Of a DNA stretch of 64,000 bases, positions 47,766 to 57,654 are shown piece after piece (position 1 is the first letter of the stretch; each line of letters opens with the position of its first letter). The translations under genes and the position numbers were made by a program. The DNA is from Fimbriimonadia bacterium (lineage in GTDB: Bacteria; Armatimonadota; Fimbriimonadia; Fimbriimonadales; JABRVX01): the NCBI GenBank assembly GCA_041483895.1, contig JBGPGO010000014.1, positions 36,296 to 100,295 on the forward strand, given 5' to 3'. Below the pieces are notes generated by a model. That model was not told the DNA's origin and ran no database searches. It worked only from the letters and a program-made list of their open reading frames with translations.

Positions 47766-49009
47766 TTGCTCCCTATTTCAAAGTCGCTCGGCTTGAACTG
47801 AACCTTGGTCCCGATCTCCATCGCCTTGTTGGCCCCCAACACCGCCACGGCCACTTTAAACGCATCCACGTGGTCGCACAGTGGCCGCTTGTTTTTGCGA
47901 ACCACGTCGTCGAAAAAGTTGACCAACTCGCTCATGTAGTCGTCCTGGTTGTCCGCGCCCAGTGTCCCTGCTGCCGTATGCTCGCCGGCCTTCTTCTTCT
48001 TTGTCTCGCTTGCATCCAGCACGATGGCTTCCTGGCCGTTGACTTTCTCCTTCTTGGCTTCCTCCGCCCACGCCACATCCTTCGCCTGCGGCTCTTTGTA
48101 GAGCAATCCCTTTTCGACCGACGTGACGAGCGTGCCCTTGTCGCCCATGAACTCCTCGCCAAATCCGTCGAATTGGTTGGTTTGGATGCTGGAATAGTAC
48201 AGCTTCTTGCCATCAGGGTAAAGGAATGTGCAGCAGACGTTGTCCATTACTTCGCGCCCGTCCTTGTAATAGTCGATGCCGCCGTAGCCGACCACCGACA
48301 TGGGCACCTCGCCGGTGAACCAGTTGACCAGATGCACCTGGTGGCTGCCGAGTTCGGTCATCAGCCCGCCGGAATATTCTTTGTAGAGCCGCCAGTTGAG
48401 CAGCTTTTCATACTTCGGCTCGACATTCCGCCGCCAGCTGCCGTTGCGGTGCCACCAGGCGCGCGCATGGGTCACTTTTCCCAGCACGCCCTCGTCGGCA
48501 ATCATCTTTTTGGCCTGCTGATAGATGGGACTGGCGCTGCGCTGGTGGCCGATTTGCAGCCATTTGCCCGTCCGCTCCACCGCTTGAGCCATCTTGCGAG
48601 CGGCGTCCGGCGTGCGGCCCATACACTTCTCGCAAAACACCGTTTTCCCGGCACTGAGCGCATCAATCACCATTGGCGCATGCATGTACAAAGGCGTCGC
48701 GATGAGGACGCATTCGATGGATTTGTCGTCGAGGAGCTGCCTGTAATCCGTATATCCTTTCGCTTTTTCTGCGCACATTTTCAGGGCCTGGTTGTAGTGC
48801 GGGGGATAGATGTCGCATATGGCCTTCATGTTGACGCCGGGGATGCGCAGGCATCGCTTCAAAAGCTCCTGCCCCTGCGCGCCGACGCCGATGAACCCCG
48901 TGTTGATGGGAGCGACGTCCTGGGCAAAGGACAGTCGGCTGAGTCCGATGGTGGCGGCTGTCGCGGCGGTCACCACCAGAAACTCTCTTCGAGTTAGCTC
49001 GCTTCTCAT
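47762..49009 (-). CDS. Tat-exported Gfo/Idh/MocA oxidoreductase
   Basis: TRREFL; IGVGAQG, ATPL..H, FCEK, NWRLY..YSGGLMTELGSH. Confidence 0.92.
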   Translation of the reverse strand: MRSELTRREFLVVTAATAATIGLSRLSFAQDVAPINTGFIGVGAQGQELLKRCLRIPGVNMKAICDIYPPHYNQALKMCAEKAKGYTDYRQLLDDKSIECVLIATPLYMHAPMVIDALSAGKTVFCEKCMGRTPDAARKMAQAVERTGKWLQIGHQRSASPIYQQAKKMIADEGVLGKVTHARAWWHRNGSWRRNVEPKYEKLLNWRLYKEYSGGLMTELGSHQVHLVNWFTGEVPMSVVGYGGIDYYKDGREVMDNVCCTFLYPDGKKLYYSSIQTNQFDGFGEEFMGDKGTLVTSVEKGLLYKEPQAKDVAWAEEAKKEKVNGQEAIVLDASETKKKKAGEHTAAGTLGADNQDDYMSELVNFFDDVVRKNKRPLCDHVDAFKVAVAVLGANKAMEIGTKVQFKPSDFEIGSK

Positions 49010-49893
49010 GTCTCGTGGTTCTCCTCGCGAGTCACCTTTCCCTGCTCGTCGGAACTCAACGCCGTCCGCCCCCCGCTCCGATCGCGCACAAATACGCGGA
49101 TGCCGGGGGCCAGGGTCATGTACGAAAGCAGCCAGTCGGGGATGGATGCCGGCGTTGGGCGGAGGGCCACCGCGGTAGAAAGCGCTTCGGCTTCCAGCGC
49201 AGTCAAAGCCAACACAGTGACGCTGACATCTGACCGGGACGGCTCGCCGGTGGCGGGGTCGATCAAATGGGATCGGCCCTCGATCGATTGCTCCAACGGA
49301 CCGCTTGTCGAGACACCCTCGTTGTCAATCGTGACTTCCCTGTCTCCAATCCGAATCGGCCACGGTTTCCCAAATCCGTGCGCGCTGCTGGCGCCGGCGG
49401 ACAGAAAGGCGGCCTTGATGCCGCGCTCCCCTAGCAACTCTATGGCCCGGTCAACGGCGTATCCTTTTCCCAGCGCCCCCAACTCGATCCGTACGCCGGG
49501 ATCGTCGAATGCGATCAATCGCCGGTCGGGGTCCAGCGTCACGTGCGACATGCCATACACGCCCTCGGAAGGAAGCAGGCCGGTCTCGAACCCCCACTTC
49601 CTTCCCGCCGCCCCAGCCGTTATGTCAAGGGCGCCGTCTGTGAGCTCCCACATGTCCCGTGCGAACAGCAAAAGCTGAAAAAGGCCCGGTTCGACAAGAA
49701 CCGGTTCGTGCGCGGCCACGGCATTGATGTAGCTGATCTCACTCTTCTCTTTGTAGTGACTGAGCTGCCCGTCCAGGCGGTCGATCAGCTCCCACACCTC
49801 CACCGAGACATCGTACAGTGTCTGGCGGTCCTCCCCGGCAAGGGTAAGGTCCCATTCGCAGCCCATGGCGTTGTGGACGAATTGCAGCGTCAT
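49006..49893 (-). CDS. apbE: FAD:protein FMN transferase (ApbE family)
   Basis: AMG, SEIS.IN, TDGALDIT, LGALGKGYAVD, STSG, HLIDPATG, AEALSTA. Confidence 0.88.
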   Translation of the reverse strand: MTLQFVHNAMGCEWDLTLAGEDRQTLYDVSVEVWELIDRLDGQLSHYKEKSEISYINAVAAHEPVLVEPGLFQLLLFARDMWELTDGALDITAGAAGRKWGFETGLLPSEGVYGMSHVTLDPDRRLIAFDDPGVRIELGALGKGYAVDRAIELLGERGIKAAFLSAGASSAHGFGKPWPIRIGDREVTIDNEGVSTSGPLEQSIEGRSHLIDPATGEPSRSDVSVTVLALTALEAEALSTAVALRPTPASIPDWLLSYMTLAPGIRVFVRDRSGGRTALSSDEQGKVTREENHET

Positions 49894-50047
49894 TGTATGC
49901 GTATGATAATGCATGTCAGGCTCGGAATGCGTCATACTGCTTTCGTCGCATTTTGTCAAAAGGGGTGTAACCGTACCCTCGGCGGCGACATCTTCTGTGT
50001 AACGCTGCCTTCCAGGCGGCCAGCGATCAACAAGGAGCGATTGGACG

Positions 50048-51130
50048 ATGCCAACTTACAAACTGTTTTTCGGTCTAGCGCTTGTCGCGGCCTGCGCGGC
50101 CATCTCCAGTGCACAAGAACCCAAACCCGCCCAGGAGAAGCCCGTGGATCAACTCAAGTGGAACATGATGCAGAAATCCTACGTGCCCAAGCCCGATGAG
50201 ACGGTCATCAAGTGGACCTTCAAAACCGACGGGCTCATGGGTGAGAAGGGTACCGGCGACGTGTACATGCTGCTCCACTTCAAAGGTGCGCCGCAGACCT
50301 GCGCTCACATCTTGAAGTTGGTCCAGTCGCATTTTTACGACGGCATCAAGGTGCATCGAGTCGAGTGCCCGCCTAAGTCTGCACCGGACTTTGTCCTTGT
50401 CCAGTGGGGGAACGCCGCGACGAAGAAGCCCAATTGGGACGGCAAGACCGAAGAGGGCACCGGGAAGACAATCAAGCGCGAGCTGAGCCCCGACCTTAAG
50501 CACGTTGTCGGCGCCGTCGGACTTGCCCGGGAGCCGGATCCCGACACCGGCGACTGCCAACTGTATTGCTGTTTGGTCGCCATTCCAAGGTTAGACAATC
50601 AGTATGCCGTCTTCGGCCAGGTGGTTGCGGGGCTCGGAGTAATGAACTATCTGAAGGTTGGCTCGACCGTCGTTTCGGCGACAGCGATCAACATCGGACC
50701 GGACGCCAAAGCGGTCACGGAAGAGATCAATGGGAGGAAGCCCGACGCCGCAGGGCTCAAATTCGCCGATCCAGAGGGAAAGCTCAAGTGGGAAACGAGT
50801 AGCGAGGGCCTCAGCATGGCAACTGTCAAAGAGGGTTCAGGGGAAGCGATCGTTTCTGGGAAGAAGGCTGTCATGCAGTACACGGGTTGGCTCACAAACG
50901 GCGCCAAGTTCGACAGCTCCCGTGATCACGGCCAGCCGTATAGCATCCGATTGGGAGTCGGCCAAGTAATCAAGGGCTGGGACCAGGGCGTGCTTGGCAT
51001 GCATGTAGGCGAGGTCCGCAAACTGATCATCCCGTCCGCCCTCGGCTGGGGCGAACGCGGCGACGGGGACAAGATTCCGGCGAACTCCACCGTGGTGTTT
51101 GAGGTCGAACTGGTAGATATCGCCGACTAA
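50048..51130 (+). CDS. Secreted dual PPIase: cyclophilin domain plus FKBP domain
   Basis: APQT..HI..L....FYDG..VHRV, VGLAR..DPDTG, LD.QYAVFGQV; then YTGWL..G.KFDSS, G.GQVIKGWDQG, RKLIIPS.LG.G, IPANSTVVFEVEL. Confidence 0.92.
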   Translation: MPTYKLFFGLALVAACAAISSAQEPKPAQEKPVDQLKWNMMQKSYVPKPDETVIKWTFKTDGLMGEKGTGDVYMLLHFKGAPQTCAHILKLVQSHFYDGIKVHRVECPPKSAPDFVLVQWGNAATKKPNWDGKTEEGTGKTIKRELSPDLKHVVGAVGLAREPDPDTGDCQLYCCLVAIPRLDNQYAVFGQVVAGLGVMNYLKVGSTVVSATAINIGPDAKAVTEEINGRKPDAAGLKFADPEGKLKWETSSEGLSMATVKEGSGEAIVSGKKAVMQYTGWLTNGAKFDSSRDHGQPYSIRLGVGQVIKGWDQGVLGMHVGEVRKLIIPSALGWGERGDGDKIPANSTVVFEVELVDIAD

Positions 51131-51175
51131 TCTGCAGACCAAAAGTTAGCCGAAGTGTCAAAAGGCGCGTAAACT

Positions 51176-51628
51176 ATGAAAAGCCCCATGAATGGTGGTA
51201 TCGCCAAGATCGATGTAATCTTGGGTTCGCTGCTGTTCTTGGTGACCATTTTGGGTCTGTACTATGTCAAATACCTGCAGCAAGAGGATATCATTCGCAG
51301 CCTGTCTCCAGAGCTGCAGCGTCATTACGTCAAGGATGATCCCCAATACTCGGTGATTTTGGCGCTCGAAGGCTGTTACGGATTGGCTCTGATCCTATCT
51401 GCGATCGGCGTCATTCTTCGAAAACTTTGGGGCTATGTGCTCGCCACTTTTTTGACCGGTTGTGTTGCTGCCCTGGTTCTGCTGGGCTTGATCGCGACCG
51501 TGTTCGACGGGGGCCAGCGTGATGTTGGTCCGCGCGGATTAATTTTGTTTTTTGTGTTGGGATCCGTCTTGTTCCCTCCCCTGCTCGTCCGTTGCCGCAT
51601 CGAACAGCGAAGACATCGAAATTCATGA
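51176..51628 (+). CDS. Hypothetical membrane protein
   Basis: Four hydrophobic segments; ATGA overlap with the next gene. Confidence 0.6.
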   Translation: MKSPMNGGIAKIDVILGSLLFLVTILGLYYVKYLQQEDIIRSLSPELQRHYVKDDPQYSVILALEGCYGLALILSAIGVILRKLWGYVLATFLTGCVAALVLLGLIATVFDGGQRDVGPRGLILFFVLGSVLFPPLLVRCRIEQRRHRNS

Positions 51629-52125
51629 CTGAATCCGAATTGGAGCAGATGATTTTCGACGCTTTTCCAAAGGGAAAATCTCCTCCCGTGGGAAAGGTCG
51701 CCGGCATTTGCCACCGGCCGGAGGAAATCGAATGCGGATTTCAGGGAAAGCGTTGGGAAGAAATCAGCCCCGACCAGATACGCCGGTACTACGATGCGCT
51801 CGCCCACATGACCGACAACGCATTCGTCTACTATCTTCCCGCGTACCTGCGGGCCATCCCGAGCACGGATGGAGGCCACGCTCTGCTGTGGAATCTCGTG
51901 TTGGCAATCCATCCACCACTGCCATATCTGGACAAGGATGAGTACCAATTGACGATCCAGACCCACCGATTGGAGAGGCTATCTGACAAACAAAAGGCTG
52001 TCGTCGCGTGCGCGCTCCAGTTTTTCCCGGGCGACTATTTGGACGATTGGGATTCGGAATGGGCGGATGGACCGCACCATCGAGACACGCTCGAGTATTG
52101 GAGTCAGTTCAGACCGCATGGCTAA
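51625..52125 (+). CDS. Hypothetical protein (DUF6714-like)
   Basis: IFDAFP, F.GKRWEEI, MT..AF.YYLPAYL pattern. Confidence 0.6.
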   Translation: MTESELEQMIFDAFPKGKSPPVGKVAGICHRPEEIECGFQGKRWEEISPDQIRRYYDALAHMTDNAFVYYLPAYLRAIPSTDGGHALLWNLVLAIHPPLPYLDKDEYQLTIQTHRLERLSDKQKAVVACALQFFPGDYLDDWDSEWADGPHHRDTLEYWSQFRPHG

Positions 52126-52163
52126 GCAGGGATGGAAAGGTATTCTTGTGGCACCATTAAGAC

Positions 52164-53435
<1,272 letters not shown>

Positions 53436-53449
53436 CTTCGCTTTTTGAT

Positions 53450-53582
53450 GTGTTGGGGTTCTCGTTCGGCAACCGCTGCCAATGACCGACTCCAAAGACC
53501 CCAACACGGAGCGTTAACCCGGATGTGTTGGGGTTCACTTCTAGCAACCCGTTTCAGGTATCGAAACCCAAGACCCCAACAC
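53450..53582. repeat. Two tandem family R1 palindromic elements between convergent genes
   Basis: 53450-53507 and 53525-53582, each GTGTTGGGGT...ACCCCAACAC. Confidence 0.88.
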
Positions 53583-53585
53583 GAT

Positions 53586-54287
53586 CTACTTTCTCTTCAG
53601 AAACGCCTTGATCGACTCCTTCTCCGCCTCCCGCCAAAGCTCTTCATCCAGATACGCCCACCCGTAGTAGCACTCCTGACTTCCAACCCGAACCGCCCAT
53701 GCCGCATCGCCGAACGAATAGTGCCAGAACTCCTGTAGGCAGTTGCTGAAACCCGCCCCCAACATCGCGTCGACCAATGTCATCCGGTTTTCATACGCCC
53801 TTGGCGTCAGGCCATGAACGTAAGTCGGCGCGCCCGGCCACCACTCCTTTCGGTAAGGAGAGATGAGATCCAGCGCCCTGCCCTTCGCGCTGTAGAGCCG
53901 CACGTCCACGGCCCCGCCCGTGCAGTGTCCCGGCGGCGCCTTGCGATCGTATGGATGGAAGAATCGGTTGGCTTGGCGCTTCAATGTGGCAAAAGACCAA
54001 TCCGGATGCTGATCTCGCAATTTGTTGAGAAACCAGTCGTACCCTCGCTTTTGCCGTTGGAGCGGACGCCATGCCTCCGTTACTCCCAGTTGGATACCAG
54101 ATGGAAGCACCGACGCAACTTTGACCAGCATCTCGGCAATGCGCTCCCGAGCCCATGGGATCGTCGTTGGGCGGGCGATAAGCACCATCGGGGCATGGAC
54201 GCGCAGATCGACGAGCGGCTCCCCGCATTCCACCAGCCGCACGCGATCCAGCGCAGCCATCGGCTCCCGTCCATGAAGATAGGTCAC
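53586..54287 (-). CDS. M15 family D-alanyl-D-alanine dipeptidase-like protein
   Basis: ECGEPLV, EAWRP...Q, H.TGGAVDV, EFWHYSFGD. Confidence 0.88.
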   Translation of the reverse strand: MTYLHGREPMAALDRVRLVECGEPLVDLRVHAPMVLIARPTTIPWARERIAEMLVKVASVLPSGIQLGVTEAWRPLQRQKRGYDWFLNKLRDQHPDWSFATLKRQANRFFHPYDRKAPPGHCTGGAVDVRLYSAKGRALDLISPYRKEWWPGAPTYVHGLTPRAYENRMTLVDAMLGAGFSNCLQEFWHYSFGDAAWAVRVGSQECYYGWAYLDEELWREAEKESIKAFLKRK

Positions 54288-54324
54288 AGCCCGTTAAGGT
54301 ACCCGCCCGGCTATAATGGGCGTC

Positions 54325-55536
54325 ATGAGAGCCGGCCTGATGAACCCGCCGCGCCTGCGTGTCGGGCAAGCAGCGGAAGAAGAACGGCATGCCACCTGGC
54401 TGGAGCTGTTCTACGACCTGGTGTTCGTCGCCGCCATCGCCCAACTCTCGAACTCTCTTTATCAAGACGTATCGGCGGTGGGCATCTCCCGTTATGTGCT
54501 GCTGTTCATCCCTGTCTGGTGGGCCTGGGTCGGTCACACGTTCTATCTGACCCGGTTTGACGCGGACGACCTATACCATCGGCTGCTCACCATGGCGCAG
54601 ATGGCGCTCGTCGCGTTCATGGCGTCGCAGATTCCAAAGGCGTTGGATGAGAAATCGGTCGGGTTCGCGCTCTCCTACGTCGGGGTGCGATCGATCCTGA
54701 TCTTCGAATATTTCCGGGCGGGCTGGCATATTCCCGAAGCGCGGCCGCTAACCACTCGGTACGGGATTGGGTTTTCGGTCGCGGCACTAATCTGGGTTGC
54801 TTCGGTTTTTGTGCCGGCGCCGTTACGCTTTGTCTTTTGGGCCGTCGGCATCTTTGTCGATCTGATCACGCCCTTCACATCCAGCAGCATTCATATTCGG
54901 ATTCCGCCGCACTTCAGCCATATTCCAGAACGGTTCGGCCTGTTCACCATTATCGTTTTGGGGGAGGGGGTGGTGGCGGTTGTGTCCGGTTTGGGTCATG
55001 AGGAGTTGCATCGGTCGGCGGTGTTCTTGGGAATCGGTGGCCTGGCCGTGGCGTTTACGGTATGGTGGGGCTATTTCGAGGGGGTGAAGGCCGCGAACCG
55101 TCGGGTGGTGTCCACGGACACGGAACGCCGCCAATATCAGGCCTGGCTGTTTGCCCACCTTCCGCTGACGATCGCGATAACGGCGGCGGCGGTCGGGGTG
55201 CATCGGCTTATGGTATTGGCAGACGGCGCGCCGGTATCCACATTTGATGGGTGGCTTCTTGTCTGCGCTGCGGGGACCTGCATGGCATGCCTAAACATCA
55301 TCACTCTAACGTCCCCGAACGTGTCTCTTTCCCGCTGCACCATGAAGTTCAACCTTCCGCACTACGTGTTGATGATGTTGATGTTCGCGTCCGGGTTTCT
55401 GATCCCATTTCTGCGTCCGCTTGCGCTAATGGGGATCGTGACCGGTCTGTTTATGGGGGAAATTCTGTATTCCCTGCGGCCGATTCCCGAGGAGACGCCG
55501 TGCGATCCACCGGTGATCGTGGGTAGGACTTCGTAG
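54325..55536 (+). CDS. ltrA: Low temperature requirement protein A
   Basis: ATWLELFYDLVFVAA, WWAW, RFD, ERFGLFTIIVLGE. Confidence 0.92.
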   Translation: MRAGLMNPPRLRVGQAAEEERHATWLELFYDLVFVAAIAQLSNSLYQDVSAVGISRYVLLFIPVWWAWVGHTFYLTRFDADDLYHRLLTMAQMALVAFMASQIPKALDEKSVGFALSYVGVRSILIFEYFRAGWHIPEARPLTTRYGIGFSVAALIWVASVFVPAPLRFVFWAVGIFVDLITPFTSSSIHIRIPPHFSHIPERFGLFTIIVLGEGVVAVVSGLGHEELHRSAVFLGIGGLAVAFTVWWGYFEGVKAANRRVVSTDTERRQYQAWLFAHLPLTIAITAAAVGVHRLMVLADGAPVSTFDGWLLVCAAGTCMACLNIITLTSPNVSLSRCTMKFNLPHYVLMMLMFASGFLIPFLRPLALMGIVTGLFMGEILYSLRPIPEETPCDPPVIVGRTS

Positions 55537-55561
55537 TCGCGGGCCAGTTTGCAGATTGCCC

Positions 55562-55636
55562 GGTCTTGACGATTCGATCGTCAATGAAAAGATGAAAGAA
55601 TTAGTTCCTTTCATTGACGATCGAATCGTCAAGACC
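55562..55636. repeat. Perfect 28-bp inverted repeat with nested palindromic arms (family R4)
   Basis: GGTCTTGACGATTCGATCGTCAATGAAA-19 nt-TTTCATTGACGATCGAATCGTCAAGACC. Confidence 0.92.
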
Positions 55637-55645
55637 ACGAAAGGG

Positions 55646-56368
55646 CTACCGGTGGCGGGGAAAAACGGTGTCGGTGCGGAGGCCGCGGCTCAGGAAGCTG
55701 AGATGCGCCAAGTCCCAATCTCGCGGCGCGTTCCGCACATCAAAGCGCGCGACCCACACCGCACCATAGTACGGACCCAAAGGCACATAGTTACGATCGA
55801 GACCCGCCCGATCCGGTGGCTCAAAGAACATGCCTGCCGCCTCGCCAAATGGATAGTTGCGAGAGATGCGCTCGTTCGCACCCGACAGCCGCTCGAACAG
55901 ATGGGCTTCGATCAGCGGGCATTCGGCGCCATCCAACCAGAGCGCCGTTCGGAGCTTCTCCAAATCCCAGCGATCTGCGTAGCTGATCTCATCGCTGCTG
56001 ATCGGCTCCCGCTTCGGGAATGCCGTGAGAAGGATGACCACATCCAGCTCAGTCTGACGCGAGGCAGTCCATTCCGTCCAAAGCTCCTGCATCTCGTCGC
56101 GGGTCCGAAGTTCGTGGGCGGAAAGATAGCCGAGCCATTCGGAGGCGCATTCCGGCGTGATGAGCCATGCATATTGCGATTCCCGCCGCACCATGCCGTC
56201 GAACCAGATGCCGACCGGCTTTCGATAGTTCGCGCTGACCTTGGCGATGCCGTCCCGCCCGGTCAATGCCATGCCTGCGGCAAAGGCGTCCGGCAAGGGA
56301 GCCCCGGGCCATATCTGCGCCCGGGCAGCCAGCAATAATGCGGAAGAGAAGGCAAAGATTCCCACCAA
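55646..56368 (-). CDS. Hypothetical exported protein
   Basis: 240-aa ORF with hydrophobic N-terminus, co-oriented with the upstream GspG-like genes; start uncertain. Confidence 0.55.
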   Translation of the reverse strand: MVGIFAFSSALLLAARAQIWPGAPLPDAFAAGMALTGRDGIAKVSANYRKPVGIWFDGMVRRESQYAWLITPECASEWLGYLSAHELRTRDEMQELWTEWTASRQTELDVVILLTAFPKREPISSDEISYADRWDLEKLRTALWLDGAECPLIEAHLFERLSGANERISRNYPFGEAAGMFFEPPDRAGLDRNYVPLGPYYGAVWVARFDVRNAPRDWDLAHLSFLSRGLRTDTVFPRHR

Positions 56369-56388
56369 TCCAGCCGTTCCATACCGGA

Positions 56389-57633
56389 CTACCGTTTCAC
56401 CCTGAGAATCATATCACCCTTGTCATCTGGATTGATTCCGATGCTGCGAAATCGTTTCTTCGGAGGCGTACCGCCATCGTCCACGCCATCCGGCCCGATG
56501 GAATAGACGATAAACCCTTTGCCCGTCCGACGATACCCATACGAACCACTCTTCGCATACGGGTCTTCCGGCAACTCCTTCAGGATCATTGGCGTCAAGT
56601 CTTCGAGCTTCGCTGGATACTGATTGTGCTCCCCATAGTACACCTGGCATGCGAGCGCCAAAAGCAGCAATCCCCTCCTGGCTTCGGATGTCCAATACTG
56701 AATGTTCCTGAACAGTCCCGCCAAGCGCTCCGTGAATTGGTCTGGGGTCGCAGGCGGCGTCACTCCATGGCCAAACGGGTGCTTGGCATGGGCGGAAAGT
56801 TGATCCATGTAGGTTGTGTAGTTGTGGACTAAGGTCTTTTTGCCCATCAGATAGAGCTGCATTCGGTCCTGGAACATCTGCCACTTGGTGCGCGATGAGT
56901 CATCTTGGAGATACCAATCCACCCAGTTCTGTTTCGATGCTAGATGCGCTTTCAGGCCGATCAGATAGAACCATTTTTCCGTCGTTATCGTGTCAGACAG
57001 CCTCACCCGCGTCGCATCTATCGCGGTCAATCGGTGCATCAAAGCCTGCGCCTTGCTTGCATTGAGTTTTGGAAGATACTTTTCCACATCGACAAACACG
57101 ATTGCTTCGCAGGCAACGCCGACGAGCATGCCGATCAGGCCCGACTGACGCCGTAGATCCTGAGACATTTTTATGCCGTCCAGTACGGAGTTCAATGCAG
57201 CTTTTCGGTTGCCTTCCGCGGCACGCACTTTCGCGATGTCGCGTGTGAGGTAACTGAGATGTCGAAAGCCCGAGAGCAGACCCGAATCCTCTGGGGCGAA
57301 AGCGATCGTTTTCGATCCGTAGTTGCATTGCATCGCACGCCGAAAGTCGGATACGGCGGGTTGAAGCTCCGCTATCGCGCCCCGCAGCTCCGCCGTTGTC
57401 GGATTGTAGTCACGCTCGGTGACCGGATGCATGCCGAGCAAGATGCGCTGGGCTCGTTCATGGTCCTTGATAAATGCGGCGGCGCTAGTGTAGAAATCCT
57501 TGGCGTTCGGGACGGGTACGGGGTCCGGCGCAGGGATCACGATCTCGGGCTCCATGTTGGCATGCAGCCAGAACAGGACGAAGATGGCCCCAAGAACTCC
57601 AACGATGCCAAGGACGATGCGCCAACGTTTCAT
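56389..57633 (-). CDS. Membrane-anchored protein with GspG/pseudopilin-like C-terminal domain (copy G3)
   Basis: MKRWRIVLG, TM helix, PNAKDFY; C-terminal Y..EH..YP..L.DL.P....LPEDPY....Y......IVYSIGPDGVDDGG. Confidence 0.8.
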   Translation of the reverse strand: MKRWRIVLGIVGVLGAIFVLFWLHANMEPEIVIPAPDPVPVPNAKDFYTSAAAFIKDHERAQRILLGMHPVTERDYNPTTAELRGAIAELQPAVSDFRRAMQCNYGSKTIAFAPEDSGLLSGFRHLSYLTRDIAKVRAAEGNRKAALNSVLDGIKMSQDLRRQSGLIGMLVGVACEAIVFVDVEKYLPKLNASKAQALMHRLTAIDATRVRLSDTITTEKWFYLIGLKAHLASKQNWVDWYLQDDSSRTKWQMFQDRMQLYLMGKKTLVHNYTTYMDQLSAHAKHPFGHGVTPPATPDQFTERLAGLFRNIQYWTSEARRGLLLLALACQVYYGEHNQYPAKLEDLTPMILKELPEDPYAKSGSYGYRRTGKGFIVYSIGPDGVDDGGTPPKKRFRSIGINPDDKGDMILRVKR

Positions 57634-57653
57634 GTCTTGCATACCTGTGTCAT
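57630..57653 (-). other. 7-codon mini-ORF MTQVCKT bridging the G2 stop and G3 start
   Basis: ATG 1 nt after TAA; its TGA overlaps the ATG of G3 (ATGA). Confidence 0.5.
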
Positions 57654-57654
57654 G

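Noticed and set aside
46395..48997. Long plus-strand ORFs (468 aa and 375 aa)
   Set aside because: Antisense shadows of the two Gfo/Idh/MocA genes, common in GC-rich DNA
53450..53582. Mini-CRISPR or integron attC sites (conserved ends with variable ~38-nt interiors)
   Set aside because: The conserved parts are inverted rather than direct repeats, lack RYYYAAC/GTTRRRY ends and flank ordinary genes; no cas or integrase gene
53586..54287. vanX vancomycin-resistance gene
   Set aside because: No vanH/vanA/vanRS neighbours; a generic M15 dipeptidase is the simpler call
55556..56338. 260-aa plus-strand ORF
   Set aside because: Starts inside the R4 palindrome, has no recognisable motifs and overlaps the more plausible minus-strand gene
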